The notes under the pieces: generated by a model
The model's input: only the letters and a program-made list of their open reading frames with translations
Told to the model about the DNA's origin: nothing
Databases searched by the model: none
In this document: in pieces, positions 1-8,902 of the stretch
Numbering within the stretch: position 1 is the first letter of the stretch
Layout of the letters: each line of letters starts with the position of its first letter
Made by a program: the position numbers and the translations under genes
Assembly: GCA_016872055.1 (NCBI GenBank)
Contig: VHBH01000004.1
Location: forward strand, 45,530-77,529
Length of the DNA stretch: 32,000 nt
Direction of reading: 5' to 3'
Origin: Nitrososphaerota archaeon
GTDB lineage: Archaea > Thermoproteota > Nitrososphaeria > Nitrososphaerales > Nitrosopumilaceae

Positions 1-524
1 ATTTCCTTTGCTTTCATTACAGCAAGCACAACTCTGTCCGAGAAGCTTGGCTGGAGTTCGCCTTTGATATCGCCAAGCAAAAACTTTTGGAAAAATGCCT
101 CCGCTATTCTTGATTTTCCCAAAATATTCCCAAGCTGAGGTCTGTACAGCCACAAGTACGTATAGTAAAAGATGAGCTCTTCATCCATTCCTCTCCATGT
201 TTTTCTCCCGAGCATCTCAATGCGCCTAGTTTCTAGTGTGTTTAGAATAAACCCAAAAGCATGGTCATTGGATAGGATCTTTTTGCATAATCTTACTCGC
301 ATTGCTTCATACCATATCGCTACGCGAAATTGCCTGTACTTGTCAAAGTCTGTTCCGATATAGCGCTCAGGGGAAACAAGACTGATCCTGTTTTCCTTTA
401 GCTTGGTGATTGTCTCTTTTTTGTCTGAAAATTCAACCGTAATCTTTTCTTTTTCAGACCATCTTCTTGCCAAAAATGTGGCAATTTCCACCAGAGTGTC
501 ATTTCGTAGTTGTAATAACTGCAT
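1..524 (-). CDS. Partial CDS covering about the first 174 codons; the 3' end lies beyond the window start. Function unknown, possibly the VWA (CbbO/NorD-like) partner of the upstream AAA+ ATPase.
   Basis: Hand translation of the minus frame starts at ATG 524..522 (MQLLQLRNDTLVEIATFLARRW...). I checked every in-frame triplet down to position 3 and found no stop. The ATG overlaps the TAA of the upstream ATPase gene by 1 nt (TAATG), which suggests translational coupling. It is absent from the ORF track because no stop lies inside the window. The partner identity is a context guess only. Confidence 0.5.
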   Translation of the reverse strand, partial: MQLLQLRNDTLVEIATFLARRWSEKEKITVEFSDKKETITKLKENRISLVSPERYIGTDFDKYRQFRVAIWYEAMRVRLCKKILSNDHAFGFILNTLETRRIEMLGRKTWRGMDEELIFYYTYLWLYRPQLGNILGKSRIAEAFFQKFLLGDIKGELQPSFSDRVVLAVMKAKE

Positions 525-1324
525 TATTTACCAAACATGGATGTGATGATATCGCTTACCTTTTGATATTCAACATTTCCCCACTGTGAATACACATTTG
601 CAAATACAATGTCAGCTGCTTTTTTTGCATCAAGGCCAGAGTCTAAGAGTTTTGTAAATGCGATTGTCTCTCTAAGACTTGGAGAATAATACAATTCCTC
701 TACTGCGGCTGCTTGTCTTAGTATGTTTGCTAGCTTTATTCCTTGTTTTAGCATATCATCGTGGTTTTCGGATGCATATTTTTTGACGATTTGAAATTCA
801 GTTTCTTCAGGAGGATAGTCAAGTCTAATTCTAACCGGAAATCTGCTCAGTAATTGTGGTGGAAGCTCTTTAGTTCCGACATGTGTTAGTGGATTTATTG
901 TTGCAATGACAAACCATTTTTGATTTGCGTTGATGGTCTCTCCAGTTGATTCCTTGAGGACAATTTGCCTTCTGTCGTCTAGTGCCTCATCTAGTCGAAG
1001 CAAAACATCTGCTTCTGCAGCATTTAGCTCATCAAGATAAAGAATGCTTCCTTCCTTCATTGATTTTATCAGGATCCCTTCATCAAATCCTATTGTTCCT
1101 TCGTTGAGGGTTTTTGTCCCAATAAGATGACTCTCACGTGTTCGAAGACTAAAGTTGATTGACTCTAGTTTTGCATTCTTTCTGTTTGTGAACTCGCGAA
1201 CCAATGTGGTCTTGCCTGTTCCCTTTGGCCCTATTATCAGCGCAAACAGGCCAACATCATAGGCCTTATTCAAAACATCTAGGGAATTATTCCAATCTAG
1301 ATATGTCGATGTTGCCTGTAACAT
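524..1324 (-). CDS. AAA+ ATPase, MoxR / CbbQ-NirQ-NorQ family
   Basis: The 266-aa size is typical of CbbQ/NorQ. It has Walker A GPKGTGKT and Walker B ILYLDELN. A TATA-like TTTAAATA (plus-strand coordinates 1346-1353) lies 22 nt upstream of the ATG. Confidence 0.85.
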   Translation of the reverse strand: MLQATSTYLDWNNSLDVLNKAYDVGLFALIIGPKGTGKTTLVREFTNRKNAKLESINFSLRTRESHLIGTKTLNEGTIGFDEGILIKSMKEGSILYLDELNAAEADVLLRLDEALDDRRQIVLKESTGETINANQKWFVIATINPLTHVGTKELPPQLLSRFPVRIRLDYPPEETEFQIVKKYASENHDDMLKQGIKLANILRQAAAVEELYYSPSLRETIAFTKLLDSGLDAKKAADIVFANVYSQWGNVEYQKVSDIITSMFGK

Positions 1325-1374
1325 GATATCTGGATGTCTGTACTTTATTTAAAATAATTAGTTGTTGTCTGGCA

Positions 1375-2835
1375 CTAGTTTTCCCATTTTGCTAGGTGCT
1401 CGTAGGAATCATTCATTGTCTTGAGCAGTTTTTTATGCCATTCCTCAAATCCATCAGGGGTTGTCGGATAATTGCGATAGTGCTCAGTTAACCACCTGTT
1501 TTGCTGTGTTGTATATCTAAGACCATCTGCAAGTTTTTTGTTTAACGCACCGCGAATTAGCATTCCCATTTTGCCTACCATTGAAAAGTCCGGGTGTTCT
1601 CCTTTGCTTATTGCCTCTACATCCATGTTACCCAAAAAGTGCTTCATTCCATAATTTATCTGATCATTTGTGAGCATCTGCAATAATCTTCTGAACACTT
1701 CAAGGCCTGCTGTTTTGTAACCGTATTCTCTGACATAATCGACATTGTATTGCCACAATCCCTTCTCTGTTACATCCCCTGCTTCTATTGCATTTGCGAC
1801 GTTTTTGCCAATTATGGTTCCCGCAATCAATGCAGGGCCGATTCCTCCTGCATCAAGTGGCTTTGGCATCCATGCAGAATCTCCAACAAGCATGAATCCA
1901 TTTGCAACCATGCAATCATTCTGTCTTCTAACTGACACCTGAAAGTTTCCTGTTGCATTATGCAAGTCTGATGGATCAGTTGAGAGTCTTGGATTTTTGA
2001 TTGCCCTGTTTCTTGCAACATACTGGTTTATGAGGCCGGATACATCATCGTGCTTTCCAAGTCGCTTGTTTCTTTTGTCTAGAAGTGTTTTTTCTACTCC
2101 AAGACCGATGTTTACCTTGTTCTTTCCTTTTGGAAAGACCCACCCATATCCGCCAGGAGCAATGTCTTGGTCTAGGTGAATTAGGCAATAATCAGGATCA
2201 AACTCAGATAGATCGTCTTCACCCTGATCAAAATACATGATGTGGCGTCCGGTGGATTCAAGATCTGTTCTATCTATTTTGCGCTCCATTCTCGTGGTAT
2301 TTTTTATTTGGTTTCGAAGCATCGAAGTAACGCCGGTAGCATCAATTACAACCTTGGCTGTCTTTTTGTATGGCTGGTTTGTTTTTTTGTTGAGGCCTTC
2401 TACTCCTATGATTTGACTCCCATCATAGAGCAGGCCTGTCAGATTTATTTCAAAATCCACGCTGATTCCACGTTTTTGTGATTCTTTGTATTGTGTTTGT
2501 GGAAGTTGTTGTCTGTTTAACAAAAATCCATCACCGTCAAATGGAATGGATGTTTCTCTGTCTGGCGACAGCGCCATTACTCCTTTAACAGTATGTTCGA
2601 TTTCTGGTGCGCCCCAAGAAATCTTAATGCGGCTTCCCATATAGTCAACAGCTTCCTTTGATACCGCGTCACCACAAACCCAACCATTGATGGACTTGCT
2701 CCCAGTCATTATTGGGGCATTTCTGTCTATTACAAGAATTGATAACTTTTGATTAGAATAATGAGAAGCAGAGTGTGCTGCAATCATGCCAGCTAGTCCT
2801 CCGCCAGCTACGATCAAGTCATAGTCCGTTTTCAA
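1375..2835 (-). CDS. FAD-dependent geranylgeranyl reductase-family oxidoreductase (likely archaeal lipid saturase)
   Basis: The N-terminal dinucleotide-binding motif is DLIVAGGGLAGM, followed by a GGR-like body (GDSAW, GGIG). The start codon is TTG at 2835. The FAD motif begins at residue 5, so no downstream ATG can serve as the start. TATA TTTAAATA (2858-2865) lies 23 nt upstream. Confidence 0.8.
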   Translation of the reverse strand: MKTDYDLIVAGGGLAGMIAAHSASHYSNQKLSILVIDRNAPIMTGSKSINGWVCGDAVSKEAVDYMGSRIKISWGAPEIEHTVKGVMALSPDRETSIPFDGDGFLLNRQQLPQTQYKESQKRGISVDFEINLTGLLYDGSQIIGVEGLNKKTNQPYKKTAKVVIDATGVTSMLRNQIKNTTRMERKIDRTDLESTGRHIMYFDQGEDDLSEFDPDYCLIHLDQDIAPGGYGWVFPKGKNKVNIGLGVEKTLLDKRNKRLGKHDDVSGLINQYVARNRAIKNPRLSTDPSDLHNATGNFQVSVRRQNDCMVANGFMLVGDSAWMPKPLDAGGIGPALIAGTIIGKNVANAIEAGDVTEKGLWQYNVDYVREYGYKTAGLEVFRRLLQMLTNDQINYGMKHFLGNMDVEAISKGEHPDFSMVGKMGMLIRGALNKKLADGLRYTTQQNRWLTEHYRNYPTTPDGFEEWHKKLLKTMNDSYEHLAKWEN

Positions 2836-2983
2836 TATGTGACAGCTGAAAGAAGATTATTTAAAACAATCTTGAATTATTTTTTGGGTCAGATCGTCGC
2901 GGCGTCTTCACAGCTTGCGTATTGCTCAGACTGGAGCGGCTTGTTAGCTCTTCATTCCCAACCCTATACTACTCTAAATGATA

Positions 2984-3415
2984 TTAAATTGTGCTTGTGA
3001 GGATTTCAGAATAAGTCTTGAGAATGTCTCTTTGAGAATATACTGGCGTATAGATTTTGATCTTGATTGGGTCATCTGCGGCAGGCTGGATTTTACCTTC
3101 AACTAATGACTGCTTTGATATTCTCATGTATAGCCCAGAACCGTCGCAACGGTTCTCCAAGTCTTCCACAATCTCATTAATGTCTTTTTTTGTAATGTTT
3201 GAAATTAGGTTCTTGACAAAGAGTGCAGCTTTCTTCTTTTTTATTTTTCCATTTACCAAAGCTATTGGATTGTCATAATGCCCTTGGAGTTTCTGCATAG
3301 TAAAATCGCCTTCATCCACACCGAAGATCTGTTTGAATGAATCAAAGACTTTTTTCGAGTCTTCAGTTGCATGTATGATGACTTGAATCTCTACTTCGAG
3401 TTTTTTTTCCGTCAA
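2984..3415 (-). CDS. Small conserved archaeal protein, DUF54/COG1325-like putative RNA-binding (exosome-associated) protein
   Basis: It is 143 aa with an N-terminal VIIHATED-type motif that I associate with COG1325. It starts 1 nt after the eS1 gene stop, within a translation-gene operon. The family assignment is from memory only. Confidence 0.45.
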   Translation of the reverse strand: MTEKKLEVEIQVIIHATEDSKKVFDSFKQIFGVDEGDFTMQKLQGHYDNPIALVNGKIKKKKAALFVKNLISNITKKDINEIVEDLENRCDGSGLYMRISKQSLVEGKIQPAADDPIKIKIYTPVYSQRDILKTYSEILTSTI

Positions 3416-3416
3416 A

Positions 3417-4031
3417 CTATGCTTCTAGTAGTGTGACTTGTGCTTCGGCGGTTCTAATTAGTTTTACCTTTTCAAGACCTACGTGTCTCATTCTGATCAC
3501 TTTTTTTGCCGCTGCCATGATGTCAGAGTTTATCTTTCCATAACATGTAGCCTGCACAAACTGATCAATTGTCATTTCTGGAATTGTTTTATTCATCACG
3601 TCCCTCGCAATTAATCGCAATGCGTGCTTGCGTGATGTATTGAGTTTTTTGTGTGTTAGAGCAATCACTTTAAGTCTGAATAGGTAGTTGTCTTTTGTTT
3701 TTACATTCATGACAAAGTTGACCTTGCTAGAGCCGCGTCGGATGAGGCTTCTAAGGAATTCTTTTGCGTATTCATATCTCTTGAAAATGGTATATGCCTT
3801 GTCTCCTTCGACCTTGGTAATCTGGAAGTAAATCTTGTATTGGTACTGAGATGGATCGCCTTTTAGAATATCAAATAACGTTACCTCTATGACACGACCG
3901 ATTGCTTTTTGATCATCAGTGATTGGTATGTACGCAAGTGGTGCATTGTTAAATGACTCTGGGGCTATTACTGTGACCCATTTTTTCTCACGCCACTTGT
4001 CCTTTACTTTTCCACCCTTTCTACGAGCCAA
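3417..4031 (-). CDS. rps3ae: 30S ribosomal protein eS1 (S3Ae)
   Basis: MARRKGGKVKDKWREKKW... is the characteristic eS1 N-terminus, and the 204-aa length fits. The start is TTG at 4031. TATA TTATATTT (4054-4061) lies exactly 23 nt upstream. Confidence 0.92.
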   Translation of the reverse strand: MARRKGGKVKDKWREKKWVTVIAPESFNNAPLAYIPITDDQKAIGRVIEVTLFDILKGDPSQYQYKIYFQITKVEGDKAYTIFKRYEYAKEFLRSLIRRGSSKVNFVMNVKTKDNYLFRLKVIALTHKKLNTSRKHALRLIARDVMNKTIPEMTIDQFVQATCYGKINSDIMAAAKKVIRMRHVGLEKVKLIRTAEAQVTLLEA

Positions 4032-4066
4032 TTATTAAGCGACCCTGAAGCCAAAATATAATTGTA

Positions 4067-5332
4067 CTAGATTATGTCTGCGCCGAGATACTTTTGCAGA
4101 GGTTTTGGTACACTAATGTGGCCGTCTTGCGTCTGAAAGTTTTCCATTATTGCAACAAGCGTTCTTGTGGTGGCAACAAGTGTGCTGTTTAGCGAATGCA
4201 GATACTGGGTTTGCTCGTTGGACTTGTCGCGGAACCTGATCTTTAGCCTCCTTGTCTGAAAATCAAGGCAGTTAGAACAAGAGACTATCTCGCGATACGA
4301 GTTCTGGCCCGCCATCCACGCCTCAATGTCATATGTCTTAGCTGAAACCTTACCCAAATCTCCGCTTGATAGCAACATTATCCTATATGGGATCTCAAGC
4401 TTTTGATAAAATTCTTCTGCTATTAGAAGCATTTTCTCATGTTCACTCCACGAGTCTTCAGGTCTTGCAAAGACGTACTGCTCTACTTTCTCAAACTGGT
4501 GTACGCGGAAGATTCCCTTCTGGTCCCGTCCATGGGCACCTGCCTCTTTTCTAAAACACGGGCTGACTCCACCATATCTGATAGGCAAGTCCTTTCCGTC
4601 TAGGATTTCGTCTGCATGCATTGCCGCAATGGAATGCTCTGACGTACCTATCAAAAACATGTCTTCGTCCTGAACCTTGTATATGACATTTTCAAAATCG
4701 TCTGCAATTATGGCGCCTTCCATGGAGCTGCGATTGATCATGTATGGCGGCTGGACTAATCCATACTGTTTTTCTGCCAAAAAATCTAACGCAAAATGAA
4801 TCAGTGACTGGTTTAATCTCACCATATTATTTTTCAGATAGTAAAATCTCGCGCCTGCTGTTTTCGCAGCACGCTCAAGGTCAACTAGTCCTAGATTTTG
4901 CGAAATATCGATGTGGTCTTTGATTTTATAATCAAACTTTGGAATAGCGCCCCAGCTACGCACTACAACATTTGCAGAATCATCAACACCAATGGGAACT
5001 GACTCGTGGACCAAGTTTGGCATTTTCATGTTCAGTCTATTGTGTTCTGACTCTGTTTTGATTTGGTCTGCTTCTAATGTCTGGATTTCTTGTGATACTT
5101 TTTGCATTTCTGCAATTGATGTATCTGCATCTTGGCCAGATTTTTTCTTCGACGCAATTTCCATTGCAACCTTGTTCTTCTGCTTGCGCAACTCATCTGT
5201 TTTTATGATTAGCTCCCGTCGTTTACCATCAAGCGAGATTAACAAGTCCAAGTCAAACTGGACATGTCTGTCTGAGAGCATCTTGCGAATGATTTCAGGC
5301 TTTTCTTTGATGAGTTTTGGATCTAACATCAT
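4067..5332 (-). CDS. serS: Seryl-tRNA synthetase
   Basis: It is 421 aa with an N-terminal coiled-coil arm (MLDPKLIKEKPEIIRKML...) and a class II core (FRKEAG, GLDFQ-like, NSTLVATTR). Its ATG overlaps the upstream Pcc1-like gene by 4 nt. Confidence 0.93.
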   Translation of the reverse strand: MMLDPKLIKEKPEIIRKMLSDRHVQFDLDLLISLDGKRRELIIKTDELRKQKNKVAMEIASKKKSGQDADTSIAEMQKVSQEIQTLEADQIKTESEHNRLNMKMPNLVHESVPIGVDDSANVVVRSWGAIPKFDYKIKDHIDISQNLGLVDLERAAKTAGARFYYLKNNMVRLNQSLIHFALDFLAEKQYGLVQPPYMINRSSMEGAIIADDFENVIYKVQDEDMFLIGTSEHSIAAMHADEILDGKDLPIRYGGVSPCFRKEAGAHGRDQKGIFRVHQFEKVEQYVFARPEDSWSEHEKMLLIAEEFYQKLEIPYRIMLLSSGDLGKVSAKTYDIEAWMAGQNSYREIVSCSNCLDFQTRRLKIRFRDKSNEQTQYLHSLNSTLVATTRTLVAIMENFQTQDGHISVPKPLQKYLGADII

Positions 5333-5565
5333 TCCATCACCTTTAGTGCCATGGATACATGGGCCAAAACCTCGTCAATTGTAGCAGTAAGTGTTTTCAT
5401 ATTCCCTGTACTATGAAAATTAAAAACAAGTGCGTTATCAAGATTTTCTATCTCAAATGACAGTCCATTTGGAAAATCGACATTGTCTGGTTCCAAGGCA
5501 GCCCTGATTGCTTCGGCTTTTTTCTTGGTTATGTTATCGATTGTTATTTTTGCTATGGTTTCCAT
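5329..5565 (-). CDS. KEOPS complex Pcc1-like subunit (tentative)
   Basis: It is 78 aa, and its size and the AEAIRAALEPD pattern resemble archaeal Pcc1. It overlaps the end of the RecJ-like gene by 32 nt and the serS start by 4 nt. Confidence 0.5.
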   Translation of the reverse strand: METIAKITIDNITKKKAEAIRAALEPDNVDFPNGLSFEIENLDNALVFNFHSTGNMKTLTATIDEVLAHVSMALKVME

Positions 5566-6952
5566 TTACGCTGTCTTCTAGATAGTCCAAAAACCCATCA
5601 AGCTTGTCTTTTTTGATTTTTGCTCCTGCTGCCGCGTCATGCCCTCCTCCAATTCCATTGAATTTCTCTGCACCTAATTTCATCAGGGCAGAAAGGTTAA
5701 CCTCGGTTTTACAGCCAATTGATTTTCGTGATGAAAACTTGATCGTGTTTTCCTCGCCATTTGTTCGAAGTATGATGATCTTGCCTGCGTTTTTTGGCGA
5801 GCCGGCAAGCAGTGATGATATTGTCCCTGTCATGGTCTCTGGAATCACTCCCTCACCGTTTACCATCACGCATTTTGCAGAATCGCTGATCCGCCACCGC
5901 TCATTTGTTAAAATATTCATGTAATCCCGGATGAGTTTTCTGTATTCCAACAGGATGTTTTCTCCTTCTTGGAGCATCTTGTTTCTATCTCCCATACATA
6001 TTGCAATTCCAACCCCGGACCTACCAATTCTTCCACAAGAGTTCAACATTGTAGAGAATTCTCTGGCATCGCGCAAAAAACTTCGTCGCTCTTCTGCTGG
6101 GAATGTGTATGTGTGACCAATTAACTCCTCCATGATATGGCTGGCGTTTTGCGAGCTGGCGAACTTTGTAATGGATTCAATTATAGTGCGTTTTTCGTCC
6201 TCTGCAAGATCTGATGGGGTTCGCCATCTTCCACCGTCCTTGAGCTCAATCCCTGATGACTTGAAAAGAGCAAGACTTGCATCCCTATTCCAGGTCAATC
6301 CTTCAATGAACGGCTGCGAGGTAAACGCCAGAGCATCAACTAGTGGCCTCGTCTCTCTACCAACCAAAAGCAAGTCCATGTCGACTTGGAGTCCACCAAT
6401 GTTTTTCGCCTCTTCTACTACTTCGAGATTTTTGCCCAAAAACGACTTTTTCTCTCCTTGGTCTTGCCTGTCGCCTAGGGCGGAAACTACTGCAATTGGT
6501 GCAAGGTCAGAGTTTCTCTTGTCTAGTGCTTTTGCAGCCAAAAATGCCATGCCTCCAGCACAGATCTCGGTTCCGCCATTGACTCCATACTTCCAAGCGT
6601 TTATCACACAATTATTGTCGTATTCTTCTTGCGGAATTTCATGATGGTCTAGGATAAACCAATTCTGGCCTAGTGCTTCGTCCATCTGATTTGCAAATCC
6701 TCCACCCAAGTCGGTTACAATGTGAAAATCGCGAGAGTCTGACTGCATGTTTTTGATGACTGCTTGACTCATCTCTTTTGTGGTACGTACAGTTACCTTG
6801 GCGCCTGCTCGAATCAGCGCTTTTGTCATAATGGCCCCAGATGTTAGACCATCACAATCGATATGGGTTACAACACAAATGTCCTTGTTGCTTTTGATGA
6901 GGTCGAAAATTATGTCGCTAAAATTTGATAAATGCTGATCGAGGTTACCCAT
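5534..6952 (-). CDS. DHH/DHHA1 phosphoesterase, archaeal RecJ/Cdc45-like (GAN-type) nuclease
   Basis: The DHH motif I is THIDCDGLTSG, with DHH-like LDHH and the DHHA1 motif GGGHDAAAG near the C-terminus. Its ATG overlaps the uS15 stop by 1 nt (TAATG). Confidence 0.8.
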   Translation of the reverse strand: MGNLDQHLSNFSDIIFDLIKSNKDICVVTHIDCDGLTSGAIMTKALIRAGAKVTVRTTKEMSQAVIKNMQSDSRDFHIVTDLGGGFANQMDEALGQNWFILDHHEIPQEEYDNNCVINAWKYGVNGGTEICAGGMAFLAAKALDKRNSDLAPIAVVSALGDRQDQGEKKSFLGKNLEVVEEAKNIGGLQVDMDLLLVGRETRPLVDALAFTSQPFIEGLTWNRDASLALFKSSGIELKDGGRWRTPSDLAEDEKRTIIESITKFASSQNASHIMEELIGHTYTFPAEERRSFLRDAREFSTMLNSCGRIGRSGVGIAICMGDRNKMLQEGENILLEYRKLIRDYMNILTNERWRISDSAKCVMVNGEGVIPETMTGTISSLLAGSPKNAGKIIILRTNGEENTIKFSSRKSIGCKTEVNLSALMKLGAEKFNGIGGGHDAAAGAKIKKDKLDGFLDYLEDSVNGNHSKNNNR

Positions 6953-7401
6953 TATTCAAGTTGGGCTACGACTGACTTATATTTCCAGTTTTGTGGGATT
7001 GCGCCGATCTTTTTGTAGTATGTGGCAATTCGATGAACCTTTGCCTCTACCAGCTCAAGTGATCTGACGTTTCTTTTGTCCGAGTTGTTGTTTTTGAGGT
7101 GTCTTTGCAGGTTGATTGCCTTTTTGACTATATTGTTGAGGTCTTCTGGAATGTCTTGCTTGACATTGTTTTCTTCGAGAATCTTTTTGACTGATTTTTT
7201 TGTAATTGTCTTTGCAAGCGGTATTGCATGCTGGTCTCGAAGCTTTATTCCAATTTGAGCCATAGGAACGCCGTCTTTGCCATACTTTACAACTAGTTCC
7301 TCCACTTCTTTTGCGCTAGTTGTAACCCAAGATGGTGAACGTTGGTTTATTGGTCTTGTAGAGTGTGATTGACCATGTCTGTGGGTGTGTACACGTCCCA
7401 T
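6952..7401 (-). CDS. rps15: 30S ribosomal protein uS15 (S13e/S15P)
   Basis: MGRVHTHRHGQSHSTRP... is the canonical archaeal uS15 N-terminus. I moved the start from the track's 7446 to ATG 7401 because TATA GTTTATGT (7424-7431) lies 23 nt upstream of 7401. Confidence 0.9.
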   Translation of the reverse strand: MGRVHTHRHGQSHSTRPINQRSPSWVTTSAKEVEELVVKYGKDGVPMAQIGIKLRDQHAIPLAKTITKKSVKKILEENNVKQDIPEDLNNIVKKAINLQRHLKNNNSDKRNVRSLELVEAKVHRIATYYKKIGAIPQNWKYKSVVAQLE

Positions 7402-7513
7402 GTCGGCTTTGATCCTAGAACTAACATAAACGTTACCACAAAACAATTCTCAGAAATGATGATTAGAAAAAAGTTAAATAGAAACCATAGCCCCCAACAC
7501 ACAGGTAAACAAT

Positions 7514-7843
7514 ATGAGTAAAGCACTATTCGGAACAGCAATTATTGCTGTAGCCGTAATCTCGATGGGAATGACAGCACCAGCATTTGCCCAATACATG
7601 GGTAATGTTGATTCTGAATCTGGCGCGACAGGCAGTAACACTCTCGAAGAAGCCCTAAAACTTCAAAAAGAACGTGTTACATCTGCAGCCGAAAACCCAG
7701 CTACAGGTTCTGGCACTCCATACCTAGCAGCTGACGGTGTCTTGGGAGCCTCTGCAATTGCAGCAGCCGTATTTGGAGGAATTGCCGCGGCATTTTTCTT
7801 CAAATCAAGAACCGGAAGATATGCAGCTCAAGGAAGAGGGTAA
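7514..7843 (+). CDS. Small secreted or membrane-anchored protein; candidate accessory AMO component
   Basis: It is 109 aa with a signal peptide ending APAFA-Q, a Gly/Ser/Thr/Ala-rich linker and a C-terminal TM helix (ASAIAAAVFGGIAAAFFF) followed by basic residues. It has its own TATA (GTTAAATA, 7473-7480) and a T-rich terminator. Confidence 0.7.
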   Translation: MSKALFGTAIIAVAVISMGMTAPAFAQYMGNVDSESGATGSNTLEEALKLQKERVTSAAENPATGSGTPYLAADGVLGASAIAAAVFGGIAAAFFFKSRTGRYAAQGRG

Positions 7844-7955
7844 ACCCACTTCTATTTTTCCATTTTATTGAATCATTCCTAGCGACAAGCGATCAGCATC
7901 CATCCATGAGTATCAGAGAAATGTATATATCGCACATGAGGCGGTCATTAGTTTA

Positions 7956-8225
7956 ATGACTCCATTATTCGGTACAGTGTTCAGTATTCTGTCTACCGTA
8001 TTTGGACAATTGGGACCAGGTTATGACCCATTGTTCTATGATGTCATGGTATACATCTTCGGCACAATAATGTTTACCGTATTCCTCTTGGGAATTATTG
8101 CATATTGGCTAAGAGTCCATGGCTGGTCATACAAAGACAACCGTGAAAGATGGGTTGACGAACTAGACAGACACTTTGAAAGAGAAGGTATCGGTTTGAT
8201 ACCAGACAACGGAAAGTACTGGTAA
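7956..8225 (+). CDS. Small two-helix membrane protein; candidate accessory AMO component
   Basis: It is 89 aa with two hydrophobic segments (LFGTVFSILSTVFGQL and VMVYIFGTIMFTVFLLGIIAYWL) and a charged C-terminal tail. TATA GTATATAT (7923-7930) lies about 25 nt upstream. Its terminator, AACCTCTTTTTTCATTATTTTT, resembles those of the amo genes. Confidence 0.7.
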   Translation: MTPLFGTVFSILSTVFGQLGPGYDPLFYDVMVYIFGTIMFTVFLLGIIAYWLRVHGWSYKDNRERWVDELDRHFEREGIGLIPDNGKYW

Positions 8226-8287
8226 AACCTCTTTTTTCATTATTTTTAAATTTCTTTTAACTTAGGGTCTATATCTGACCTAGACAT

Positions 8288-8824
8288 TTATTGCGGTGGA
8301 GCAAAGTCTCGCTCACTTGCCTCGTCGTAGCCTTTTGTATAGAACTCGATTTTATAGTGAGCACCGCTGACTAGGGGCTCTCTAATGTAATAGGGCGACT
8401 CACTACCGTCTACATATACTTTGGACTTTGATTCGTCCATATCTCTCATCGGAAAGCCATTTTCGTGGTATGTAGTCCAAGTCCATAGGAAATGCCCTAC
8501 CTCAAACGGGTATTCCTGCTTCCACTCTGCATGGATCGTACCATCGTTTGTCAAAGTATACAATGAATGCCTACAATTCTCATTGTTTCCAATGTTTGCT
8601 GGAATCTCTATTTTCTGCTTGTCCACGTATAGTTCCAAGGTTGTAGAGATCTTGTATTTGGATTCAATGTCATTGATGCATACCCTCAGTGGATTGTCCA
8701 TGTTCATCCACTGCTGGATGAATATGCTGGCGGTTCCAACAGATATGGCAATTACTCCCGTAATTATCAGGTAGCGTATGGTGCCCTTTCTTTTGGCAGG
8801 ATTGCCCAAGCCAGGCCAATTCAT
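8288..8824 (-). CDS. Membrane-anchored extracytoplasmic protein of unknown function, immediately downstream of amoB
   Basis: It is 178 aa with an N-terminal TM anchor (YLIITGVIAISVGTASIFI). The beta-rich ectodomain has two Cys (RVCIND, NENCRHS) and several His/Trp clusters (IHAEW, GHFLWTW, YHENG). I recognise no family. Confidence 0.7.
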   Translation of the reverse strand: MNWPGLGNPAKRKGTIRYLIITGVIAISVGTASIFIQQWMNMDNPLRVCINDIESKYKISTTLELYVDKQKIEIPANIGNNENCRHSLYTLTNDGTIHAEWKQEYPFEVGHFLWTWTTYHENGFPMRDMDESKSKVYVDGSESPYYIREPLVSGAHYKIEFYTKGYDEASERDFAPPQ

Positions 8825-8902
8825 AGTCCAGACTTGATTCCTATAGGATAAAGTCGTTTCTCTGAGTCAATATAATAAAATGAAAAGAGAGGGTTTGTTG
8901 GT

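Noticed and set aside
5604-6644. Plus-strand ORFs (106, 61, 170 and 79 aa) inside the RecJ-like gene region
   Set aside because: They are antisense to a CDS with clear DHH/DHHA1 motifs. Their Ser/Pro/Leu-rich, low-information composition is typical of shadow ORFs, and they have no promoter at the standard spacing.
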